Of a DNA stretch of 64,000 nt, positions 1 to 8,415 are shown piece after piece. A program made the position numbers and the translations under genes. The stretch is from Deltaproteobacteria bacterium (GTDB lineage: Bacteria; Myxococcota_A; Polyangia; Fen-1088). Numbering within the stretch: position 1 is the first letter of the stretch; the number at the start of each line of letters is the position of its first letter. The notes under the pieces are model-generated. The model saw only the letters and a list, made by a program, of their open reading frames with translations. It was not told where the DNA came from and searched no databases. The DNA is taken from NCBI GenBank assembly GCA_033763315.1, contig JANRKS010000032.1:32001-96000 (forward strand), given 5' to 3'.

Positions 1-612
1 GCGCTGCATGCCACGCACGTGTACCACTTGGCGCCCCGTAAACTTTTCAAGCCGCGTGATGATGTTCGACATATCGCCGAGCGTGGCCGACATCAGCAAG
101 AACGTGGTCTTCGGCAACGCGATAAGTGGGATCTGCCAAGCGATGCCACGTTCTTTGTCGCCGTAGTAGTGGAACTCGTCCATCACCACGTAATCCGCGG
201 TGGCGCGCCCACCGCGCAGCGTTTGGTTCGATAAGATCTCCGCCGTGCTGCAGATGAGCGGCGCCCCCGGGTTCACCGTGGCGTCACCGGTCATGAGGCC
301 CACGTTTTTTGCGCCAAAGGTGCGGCACAGATCAAAGAATTTTTCGTTCACCAACGCTTTGACGGGGCATGTGTAATAGGCGGTTTTGCCTTCACACAAC
401 GCTTTGAACATCATCGCCATGGCCACCATCGACTTGCCCGAACCCGTGGGAGTGGAAAGCACCACGTGGTTCGCATCCAGCAGCGCAAACACGGCTTCTT
501 CCTGCGCGGGATAAAGCTCAAGGCCCAAAGCGCTGACATGGTCGAGGAAGGCGCCTAAAATGCGTTCAGCATCAACGGGGCCGCTGGGCGGGCGTAGCTC
601 GGGGGAAGTCAT
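1..612 (-). CDS. Ski2/HelY-like DEAD/DEAH-box helicase, 5' part (runs off the window edge; absent from the ORF track)
   Basis: Manual translation from ATG 612: MTSPELRPP...YPAQEEA...STPTGSGKS (Walker A)...TCPVKALVNEKF...MTGD...VVMDEFHYYGDKERG (DExH)...LLMSAT (motif III); open to position 1. Confidence 0.9.
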   Translation of the reverse strand, partial: MTSPELRPPSGPVDAERILGAFLDHVSALGLELYPAQEEAVFALLDANHVVLSTPTGSGKSMVAMAMMFKALCEGKTAYYTCPVKALVNEKFFDLCRTFGAKNVGLMTGDATVNPGAPLICSTAEILSNQTLRGGRATADYVVMDEFHYYGDKERGIAWQIPLIALPKTTFLLMSATLGDMSNIITRLEKFTGRQVVHVRGMQR

Positions 613-678
613 AAAGTCCCCCGCAGTCTGGTGGTTCCAGGCCGCCCGCGAAAGGGGGAATCACCCAGAAGCCGCGAT

Positions 679-1677
679 TTACGGGGCTGCCGGGCGGCGG
701 CCAGCAACAACCGTCTGTTCGATGGCGCCAAACGGGCTGTCGAGGGTTTCAGGCACCAAGGCCTCGATCCGGATGCGGTCCCCAACCGCCATAAAGGGCG
801 TCACGGCCTTGCCATGTGCCAGCACTTCACGTGCGCGTTGCTCCACCAAACATGAAAAGCCCCGGCCGGGCTCGACATTCGAAATCGTGCCGCTGCCAAG
901 CAACGTGCCCGCGCCCAAGCGTCGGGTTTTGGCCACGTGGGCAATCAAGTCGCCGAACGAAAAATGCATTTCAGGCCCAGCCAACGTATGCCCCACGACT
1001 TGGCCGTTGTATGTGCAGCGCAGTTCAATGTGGGCGCGGCCGTCCTTCCACGCGTCACCGAGTTCATCCGGTGTGACAGCGAATGGGCCAAACGTTGTGG
1101 CCGGCTTGGCCTGTACGAACCCAAAACCTTTGGCGAGTTCATCGCTCACCAAGTGGCGCAAGGTCCAATCGTTGACGATCGTCAGCAGCCGCACGCTTTG
1201 CAGCGCCGCCTGCGCGTCAACCCCCTGGGGCACGTCACCAAGAATGGCGCACAGCTCGCCTTCGAAGTCCAAGCCCCAGGCTTCGTTGGCCAATAGGAAC
1301 GGTTCAGCGGGGCCCAATAGATCGCTGCCACCACCTTGGTAGATCAGCGGCTCCGTATGCAACGTCGCTGGCAGCGCCGCGCCTCGTGCTTGCCGCACCA
1401 GCTTTACGTGGTTCAAAAAGGCCGAAGCGTCCAACCATTCATACGCACGTGGCAGCGGCGCGCCGAGCAGGGTCAGATCCAAAGGCAGCCCTGAGCCCAC
1501 ATCCCGGTTCAACTTGTCAGACGTGTCTTGCAAGGCGGGCGCGGCGTTGTCCCAGTCGTCCAAGGCCCTTTGCATGGTTGGCCACCCGACTGGTGCGGGC
1601 AGCGCGGTCTCACCGTGTTGGCTAACCACCACCAACCGACCGTCACGGCTCCCGTCTTTGAGTGTGGCTAACTTCAT
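679..1677 (-). CDS. Fumarylacetoacetate hydrolase family protein
   Basis: MKLATLKDGSRDGRLVVVS, DFEGE, NDWTLR, GFGFVQAKP, GSGTISN motifs; AAGGA upstream. Confidence 0.92.
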   Translation of the reverse strand: MKLATLKDGSRDGRLVVVSQHGETALPAPVGWPTMQRALDDWDNAAPALQDTSDKLNRDVGSGLPLDLTLLGAPLPRAYEWLDASAFLNHVKLVRQARGAALPATLHTEPLIYQGGGSDLLGPAEPFLLANEAWGLDFEGELCAILGDVPQGVDAQAALQSVRLLTIVNDWTLRHLVSDELAKGFGFVQAKPATTFGPFAVTPDELGDAWKDGRAHIELRCTYNGQVVGHTLAGPEMHFSFGDLIAHVAKTRRLGAGTLLGSGTISNVEPGRGFSCLVEQRAREVLAHGKAVTPFMAVGDRIRIEALVPETLDSPFGAIEQTVVAGRRPAAP

Positions 1678-1877
1678 CCCTTGATCCTTGCGGCACGTTA
1701 CTCTTGTTGAGCGTTCTCATCAATCCATCGGTGCAAACGTTGGGCGTGCCCATGGTGCGTACGACCTCAACATTTAACTTTTGCTGTTGTTACGTCACGG
1801 TAGCAGACGTTTGATTTCGATCTGCTTATCTTCTGTGCATACGCCAGTCCGAGGGATCGTCTGATAGTGTCTTTGTT

Positions 1878-4800
1878 GTGAGTGATGAACGCTACGCCTT
1901 GCAAGCCGTTCTAGACCACATGCAGCAAAGCGTGGGCGTATATGACCGCAGCTCTCGCATCGTGTACTTGAACGCTGCGACCGAGCGCTTGTTTGGCTTC
2001 TCGTTTTCGGATGCGCAAGGTGAACGCCTGTGGGATCGCTTCCCGAACGCGGTCGGCAACCCTTTTTACAAAGCCTTTGAACGCGTGGCCGCGGGCGGCG
2101 CGCGCGAGAGCCTGCAACATTACTATGCCCCGTTTGATGCGTGGTTCATGAACACCATCGAGCTTGTGGGAAATCACGTTCACGTCATCGCGCAAGATGT
2201 GACCGATGACGTGAGGCGCACGCGGCGGCTCGACACCATCACGCGCATCTCTACTCTTTTCGCCATGCATGACCTCGGCTTTGAGGCAGCTTTGCAGTGC
2301 GTGGCCGACATCCTAAGTGACGTGTTAGACGCTGAGTGCGGTTTGTTGTTGCCGTCGCATGACGGCCGATGGCTCGATGTTGTTGCCACGGCCTCCAAGG
2401 ATCCAGAATCGCTGCAGATCGCTCGGAGAATCTCCCGATGGGATGCGAATGTGGGTCACGCTGCGAAGGCGTTGCGAACGCGTTCAAGCCTGCTGGTGAA
2501 CGGCGAAAACGTGATGGAGGAACTGCCCGGGGTTCTCATTGGCACGGACGTCATCGAGCAATACCGTGCAAGCTCGCTGTTGGCCGCCCCCTTGCTTGTG
2601 CACGATCAAGCGATTGGGGTGCTTGTGGCCTTACGCCGCGAAGGCAAGTCTCCTTTGACCCAGCACGACTGCGCGCTGGTCACAGAAGTTGCGTCTTCTG
2701 TGGGGCTTTACATTGCGCACGCGGCGCGCGCACAAAGCGAACAGCGTGTCACCAGGCGTTTGCAAAGCTTGCTTGACGTCACGGTGAAGCTGGCGGCCGC
2801 TTCAAGTGCGGATGAGATCGCGCGCGTCGTGGTTGACCAAGGTGTCGAGGCGTTGGATGCCGATTCGGCCGGTATGTGGTTGTTGGCGGACGATGGCAAG
2901 ACAGCCACAATGCAACGCCACCGTGGGTTTGCGCCGCAGCACCAAGATGCCTTTGTGTCGGTGCCGCTTGATGCTTCGTCGCCCGTATCGGATTGCTGCA
3001 CCAACGCGCGCGCCGTGTGGATTCGATCGCGCGCCGAGTACCAGGGGCTTTATCCTGAGCATGAGAAACGGCATCGCGCCCCAGACGCACCGCCTTTGGC
3101 TTTCGCGCTTTTGCCGCTGGTCATCGAAGGTCGAACGATCGGGTGCGTGACGTTCTCCTTTCACGACGAAGACCGTTTGACCTCTGACGAACAGACGTAT
3201 TTCGAGGTTCTGGCGTCGCATACGGCGGAAGCTCTTCGCCGGTCTCGCCTTTACACGCAGCTGCGCGACGTGAGCGAAACCCGCGCGGCTATGATTCAAG
3301 CCTCACCGGCCGCCATCATGTTGACGGATGCCAAGGGCGTCGTGCAGGCGTGGAACCCCGCCGCCGAGCACATTTTTGGATGGCCCGCCGAAGAAGTCCT
3401 GGGCCGGCCACTTGTGGAACTAGGCCTTGGTTTTGAGGCAGAGTTCGAGGACAATTTGCGCAAGGTGCTTGCCGGAACTTCAGTTGATAGGCAGGTCACC
3501 AAACGCGTGCGGCGCAGTGGGGAGGCGTTTGCGGTTGAGATGTACGCCGTGCCTGTGTCGCTTAGTGATGACCGCACCTTGTGTTTGTCTATGGTGTTCG
3601 ACGTATCCGAGCGCGCGCGTATCGAAGCGGGACGGCGCCTTGTGTCCAAAGCCACGGCGTTGCTGACGCGGTCCCTGAACGCGTCACAATCACTGACAGA
3701 AGTTGTGGCTTTGGTTGCCGGCGATTTTGGCGGGTGGTGTGCCGTGGAAGTGCGTGATGCCCAGGGACAGATCAGCCGCGTGCAAAGTGAGCGCGCGCTG
3801 GCGCGCGCTGTGGGCGCGGGCGAATGCACGGTGCCGCTTGAGGTTGGCGACCGTGTGGTTGGCACCTTGAGTGTGGGTTCGAGCGTACGCGCGTTTGATT
3901 CTCTGGATCTGCTGATCATTGCCGACTTGGCCCACCACATTGCCACCGCGACAGACAACGCGCGGCTTTACGAGGACGCGCGCAAGGCGCGGCATGAAGC
4001 TGAGGCGGCAAGCGGCGCCAAAGACGAATTTCTGGCGATGCTCGGCCACGAGCTCCGTAACCCATTGGCGCCGATCAGCACGGCGTTGCACCTGATGGGG
4101 ATGCGCGCGCCGGATCAGTTCGAGCGTGAGCGCAACGTGATTGAGCGGCAGGTGGAGCATCTGCGGCTGTTGGTTGATGATCTGTTGGATATCTCACGCA
4201 TCACGCGTGGCAAAGTGGAGCTCAACTATGAGCACACCCGCATCTGCGATGTGGTGGTCAAGGCGATCGAAACGACCAGCCCGCTGCTTGAGCAGCGCCA
4301 ACACCGTTTGGTCGTGGATGTGCCGGAATCGCTGGCCGTTGTTGGAGATGCGATGCGCCTCGGCCAGGTTGTCACCAACTTGGTATCGAATGCCGCAAAA
4401 TATACCGATAAGGGCGGCGAGATCACGGTGCAAGCGACGCGCAAAGGCGATGACGTTCTGCTGAGCGTGCGTGACGACGGCATCGGCATGCGCGCTGAGA
4501 TGCTCCCGATTATCTTCGACATGTTTGTGCAAGCGCCGCAATCAAGTGAACGCAAGTCCGGCGGCCTTGGGTTGGGCTTGGCGATCGTTCGCACATTGGT
4601 GGCGATGCACAAGGGAACGGTTGCGGCCCGAAGCGCGGGCTTGGGGCGAGGCTCCGAGTTCATTGTCACGCTGCCGGCCGCGCCTGCAGACAGCACACAG
4701 CACGCGTATACGAAGAAGGCAACGCCGCAACGGTTGGCAGCCCGACCCAAACGTGTTCTGGTGGTGGACGACAACGAAGACGCCGCTTCGTTGTTGTCTG

Positions 4801-5102
4801 AGCTGCTCACCTTGAACGGCTACCACGTGAGCACGGCCTTCGATGGCCCCTCCGCGCTGGAGGCGGCCGAGGTGCTGGAGCCCGAAGTGGCCGTGCTCGA
4901 TATAGGTTTGCCAGTCATGGACGGCTACGAACTGGCCCAACGGCTTCGCGCCCGCCATCAGAGCTTGCGGCTATTGATCGCTTTGACAGGTTATGGTCAG
5001 CCATCCGATCGCGACCGTTCTGCGGCGGCGGGTTTCGCCGTTCACCTCGCCAAGCCGGTTTCCGTCGATCAGATTCTTCGCCTGCTTGAAGAGCCTGTGT
5101 GA
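1878..5102 (+). CDS. Hybrid sensor histidine kinase/response regulator (PAS-GAF-GAF-PAS-short GAF-HisKA-HATPase-REC)
   Basis: H-box FLAMLGHELRNPL, N-box NLVSNAAKYT, DDGIG, GGLGLGL; receiver VLVVDDNED...LDIGLP...KP; no obvious TM segment. Confidence 0.93.
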   Translation: MSDERYALQAVLDHMQQSVGVYDRSSRIVYLNAATERLFGFSFSDAQGERLWDRFPNAVGNPFYKAFERVAAGGARESLQHYYAPFDAWFMNTIELVGNHVHVIAQDVTDDVRRTRRLDTITRISTLFAMHDLGFEAALQCVADILSDVLDAECGLLLPSHDGRWLDVVATASKDPESLQIARRISRWDANVGHAAKALRTRSSLLVNGENVMEELPGVLIGTDVIEQYRASSLLAAPLLVHDQAIGVLVALRREGKSPLTQHDCALVTEVASSVGLYIAHAARAQSEQRVTRRLQSLLDVTVKLAAASSADEIARVVVDQGVEALDADSAGMWLLADDGKTATMQRHRGFAPQHQDAFVSVPLDASSPVSDCCTNARAVWIRSRAEYQGLYPEHEKRHRAPDAPPLAFALLPLVIEGRTIGCVTFSFHDEDRLTSDEQTYFEVLASHTAEALRRSRLYTQLRDVSETRAAMIQASPAAIMLTDAKGVVQAWNPAAEHIFGWPAEEVLGRPLVELGLGFEAEFEDNLRKVLAGTSVDRQVTKRVRRSGEAFAVEMYAVPVSLSDDRTLCLSMVFDVSERARIEAGRRLVSKATALLTRSLNASQSLTEVVALVAGDFGGWCAVEVRDAQGQISRVQSERALARAVGAGECTVPLEVGDRVVGTLSVGSSVRAFDSLDLLIIADLAHHIATATDNARLYEDARKARHEAEAASGAKDEFLAMLGHELRNPLAPISTALHLMGMRAPDQFERERNVIERQVEHLRLLVDDLLDISRITRGKVELNYEHTRICDVVVKAIETTSPLLEQRQHRLVVDVPESLAVVGDAMRLGQVVTNLVSNAAKYTDKGGEITVQATRKGDDVLLSVRDDGIGMRAEMLPIIFDMFVQAPQSSERKSGGLGLGLAIVRTLVAMHKGTVAARSAGLGRGSEFIVTLPAAPADSTQHAYTKKATPQRLAARPKRVLVVDDNEDAASLLSELLTLNGYHVSTAFDGPSALEAAEVLEPEVAVLDIGLPVMDGYELAQRLRARHQSLRLLIALTGYGQPSDRDRSAAAGFAVHLAKPVSVDQILRLLEEPV

Positions 5103-5126
5103 CCTGTGCCCTTGCATGGCGCTCCC

Positions 5127-5154
5127 TTGCCAAAGTAAGTTGCAACGGTAGCCT
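5127..5154 (+). promoter_or_regulatory. Putative sigma70 promoter of leaderless moeA
   Basis: TTGCCA (5127-5132), 16 nt, TAGCCT (5149-5154), 6 nt, ATG 5161; no SD. Confidence 0.5.
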
Positions 5155-5160
5155 CTTTGC

Positions 5161-6387
5161 ATGCTGATCACGCTAGAGGAAGCCCTGCAGCGTGTGACCA
5201 ACGTGGCCGCCACGCTGTCACCTGTGCAGGGCGTGCAAACTGTACCGCTTGGCGCCGCCGTGGCGCGCGTGTTGGCGGCGGATGTTTTGGCGGATCGTGA
5301 TCAGCCGCCGTTTGATCGGAGCACGCGCGATGGCTTCGCCGTGGCCAGCCGCGACCTGGCCGCGCGGCCCCGCCTGCCTTTGCGCTGTGTGGGCGAACTG
5401 CCTGCGGGCCGTGTCTACGAAGGCCACATCGCTGCCGGCACGTGCGTGGAGATCATGACCGGGGCACCCTTGCCTGCGGGCGCCGATGCTGTGGTGATGG
5501 TGGAGCACTGCCACCGTGACGGCGACGACGTGATCGTCGACAAGCCTGTGGCAAAGGGGGACAACATCGTGCCGCAAGGGGCGGAAGCGTTGGCCGGGGC
5601 GCTTGTGATGGCGTCGGGGGGCCGCCTGGACGCGGCAGCCATCGCCTTGCTGGCCTCGGTTGGCACCGTAAACGTGGCTGTGAAAAACTTGCCGTCTACG
5701 GCGGTGTTGACCACGGGTGATGAGATCGTTGCAGCGCAAGAAAGGCCGGCGGCCCACCAGATACGCAACTCAAATGCGTACTTGTTGTCCGCTGCAATCG
5801 CACAATCGGGTGGCGCCGCCGTTGTGGTTCCACCTGCCGTTGATGAACCCCACGTCTTGCGCGAAGCCCTGCAAGCCGCCCTCGCTCAAGATCTTGTCTT
5901 GATCACGGGCGGCGTCTCCAAAGGCAAACACGATTACGTAAAGACGGTGTTGGCGGACCTGCAGGCGACCGTAATTTTCGCAGGCGTGTCCATTCGCCCC
6001 GGCAAGCCTGTGGTGCTGGCTGTGGTGCCTTGGCAAGGGCGTCAGGTGCCCGTGCTGGCCTTGCCCGGCAACCCGCTGTCAGCCTTGGTCACCTTCTTGT
6101 TGTTTGGTCGACCACTGCTGCGTCGCTTGGCTGGCGCGGCGGCTTCTTCACCCGGCCTGGTGTGGCTGCGGGTTGCGCAGGCTTTGCCCTGGAAGCCGCT
6201 TGATTTTACAGCGTTCGTGCCCGCGCGCCTGGCACCGGACGGGCTTTACACGTCGCTGCACATTCTACCTTCGGCCGGCTCGGGCGACCTGGTGGCGGCG
6301 GCGATGGCCGATGGGTTCGCCTGCATCCCGGCGCACGCCAACGGTCCGCAAGCGGGTGACCTGATCGCGTTTTTGCCCAAGCCCTAA
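5161..6387 (+). CDS. moeA: Molybdopterin molybdotransferase MoeA
   Basis: PPFDRSTRDGFA, IMTGAPLP, TTGDE, IRNSN, TGGVSKGKHDYV, RPGKP, LPGNP, SGD. Confidence 0.95.
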   Translation: MLITLEEALQRVTNVAATLSPVQGVQTVPLGAAVARVLAADVLADRDQPPFDRSTRDGFAVASRDLAARPRLPLRCVGELPAGRVYEGHIAAGTCVEIMTGAPLPAGADAVVMVEHCHRDGDDVIVDKPVAKGDNIVPQGAEALAGALVMASGGRLDAAAIALLASVGTVNVAVKNLPSTAVLTTGDEIVAAQERPAAHQIRNSNAYLLSAAIAQSGGAAVVVPPAVDEPHVLREALQAALAQDLVLITGGVSKGKHDYVKTVLADLQATVIFAGVSIRPGKPVVLAVVPWQGRQVPVLALPGNPLSALVTFLLFGRPLLRRLAGAAASSPGLVWLRVAQALPWKPLDFTAFVPARLAPDGLYTSLHILPSAGSGDLVAAAMADGFACIPAHANGPQAGDLIAFLPKP

Positions 6388-6574
6388 ACCGTCGGGGGGT
6401 GATCCTCCGTGGTTGCGTGTGTGTGAACAAAGCCTGCCGCTCGCGCGCGGCCTGGAATTTTGTTTCCTCGCTGCCGCGGGACGCGTTACAAACATGGGGC
6501 GAACTCGGTCTTTTTCGGCCAGGTGGCGCTTAAAAGGGGGATCCTCGCTGGGCGCGTGCCTGGCTCGGAAGAAC

Positions 6575-8407
6575 ATGATGAGCCGGCGACTGCTTTGTTT
6601 TTGGGCGCTGCTAACCGCTGTGGGCACGGCCTGCAGCAACAACTACAACGACGACGCCGTTGGCGTGCTTGCCTTGGACTCGCTGTTCGCGCAAGGCACC
6701 GCCCGCACGGGCGATCCGCCCACGCAGCTTCTCCCAGAAGATGGCTTCGAGGGCGGTGGCCGTGCGCAGTACTACAACCTCGGCAACGTGGCGTCGCTGC
6801 AAGACGCGTTCGGCGAGCCGCTGTCGGTGCGCGTGAACCCGATGTATTTTTTCTTCACGCCGGACGGCTTGCCCTTGCTGGCCCCCGTGATGCGAGAGAC
6901 GCGCACGCGGCAGGACTTCGTGGTGGGTGGACGCGACGTTGTGAACATCAACCCGAAGGATTTTTGCGCCGTTGCAGGTGCCAACCCCGTTGATTGCAAG
7001 GCGCTAAACGACCGCCAGCTTGAGCGCCCTTATTCCACGCGCTTTCGCGAATTGTGGATCGATCCCGCGCGCAACACGGCCGATTACCAACGTCCCATCG
7101 TCGACGTGAACCCGGCCGAGCTTACCGGGGTGCGCGGCATTTATTCCGGCGTTTGGGAGATCGTTGAAGTCACCGTGCCCTCTGACTACAAACCCGATGC
7201 GATCAAGAGCCGCAAGACGTTGCGCAAAGCGATCGATGATGGCGACTTTAAAGAGCGACGCACGGGCAAAGTCATCAATTGTCCGATCATCGATGAACGC
7301 ACCGAGGTGTCCGCCGGTGTTGCCGACGCCGCGACCCCCAGGCCTCGCATGGAGATCTGGTACCGCAGCAAGCTGGCCTTCTGCTACCTGTCCGATGGTT
7401 GGGCCACGCTCGCCGATGTGTCGTCTAGGCTTTACCCAGCCAAGAGCGACGAACGTCGCCTGGATACGTTTGACGTTTCACGAACGGTTTCGGGCCAAGG
7501 CTCTGGGCAAGAAACGCTTTTGGTGGTGCCTGTGGGCAAGGCGTTTGTGCCGTCGCGGGTGTCATTCGATGACGTCAACGGGGTCTCCCGCGTGCCTGTG
7601 GGCGGGCAGATCTTGACGTCGGGAAGGCCACGCAAAACACCGCAAGATCCGCCCGGCTACACGCCGATACGGTGGTTCTGGAACATCAATGTTGAGGGCG
7701 CTTATTTGCCTGACACGTTCGACAACGTTGCGAAACTGGATGAACCTGGGCAAACGCGCGCCCAAACGCCCACGGTTGTTCGCAACCTGCCGCTGCGTGG
7801 TGTGCAGAACCCGTGTTCCTTGGGCAAAGTTTTGCGCACGGTCAACGGGCGCAACGTCACATTCTGTGGCCGCGACACGGTAGACGCGCAAAACAACCCC
7901 ATCGTTGATGCGTCTCGTGATCCGGCGTGCAACGCGATCGGGTTGGAGTGCAACAAGAACACGTGCTTTTGCGACGCGCCGCCCGTGAAGTTTGGTCAAC
8001 GTTGTGGTGTGGGCATTGCAAGGTGTGATGAAGAGAAAGATGAGCTGTCTGAGAACGGCTACACATGCTTTCCCTCGAACGTGGGTTTTTGTTACTTGGG
8101 CTGCGACCCCAACAAGAACAACACCTTGGTGAAGCAGAACCGCGGACGCGAGCCGAAGGATTTCGTTGATTCGCGCTGCAAGGAATTGCGCGGGTACGCG
8201 TGTTTCCCGTTCCAGAACCGCGGTATCTGCCTGCGCTTCTGCGACGAGAATGTGCTCGACACCGAAACCATGAAGCAGTGCCAATCCGTGGTTGATTTCA
8301 ACCAAAACGGCCAGTCCCGATCCTTCGACCTTGGGGAAGGGCAACAATGCCAAAACTTTGGCCTGCAAATCTGCGCGTGGCCCGACGACTACTCACCTCG
8401 GAACTAA
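6575..8407 (+). CDS. Lipoprotein with two DUF7482-like motifs and a Cys-rich C-terminus
   Basis: Start reassigned to MMSRRLLCFWALLTAVGTA-C (lipobox); YSGVWEIVEVTVP...VINCPI and GYTPIRWFWNINV; many C-terminal Cys. Confidence 0.7.
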   Translation: MMSRRLLCFWALLTAVGTACSNNYNDDAVGVLALDSLFAQGTARTGDPPTQLLPEDGFEGGGRAQYYNLGNVASLQDAFGEPLSVRVNPMYFFFTPDGLPLLAPVMRETRTRQDFVVGGRDVVNINPKDFCAVAGANPVDCKALNDRQLERPYSTRFRELWIDPARNTADYQRPIVDVNPAELTGVRGIYSGVWEIVEVTVPSDYKPDAIKSRKTLRKAIDDGDFKERRTGKVINCPIIDERTEVSAGVADAATPRPRMEIWYRSKLAFCYLSDGWATLADVSSRLYPAKSDERRLDTFDVSRTVSGQGSGQETLLVVPVGKAFVPSRVSFDDVNGVSRVPVGGQILTSGRPRKTPQDPPGYTPIRWFWNINVEGAYLPDTFDNVAKLDEPGQTRAQTPTVVRNLPLRGVQNPCSLGKVLRTVNGRNVTFCGRDTVDAQNNPIVDASRDPACNAIGLECNKNTCFCDAPPVKFGQRCGVGIARCDEEKDELSENGYTCFPSNVGFCYLGCDPNKNNTLVKQNRGREPKDFVDSRCKELRGYACFPFQNRGICLRFCDENVLDTETMKQCQSVVDFNQNGQSRSFDLGEGQQCQNFGLQICAWPDDYSPRN

Positions 8408-8415
8408 GGCCTTTC

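Noticed and set aside
1802-1826. Inverted repeat AGCAGA-N13-TCTGCT in the divergent region before the histidine kinase
   Set aside because: A single 6 bp pair, compatible with chance; no second copy seen
5117-5130. sigma54 promoter TGGCGC-TCCC-TTGC upstream of moeA
   Set aside because: GG-to-GC spacing is 9 nt rather than the strict 10; a sigma70 reading fits better
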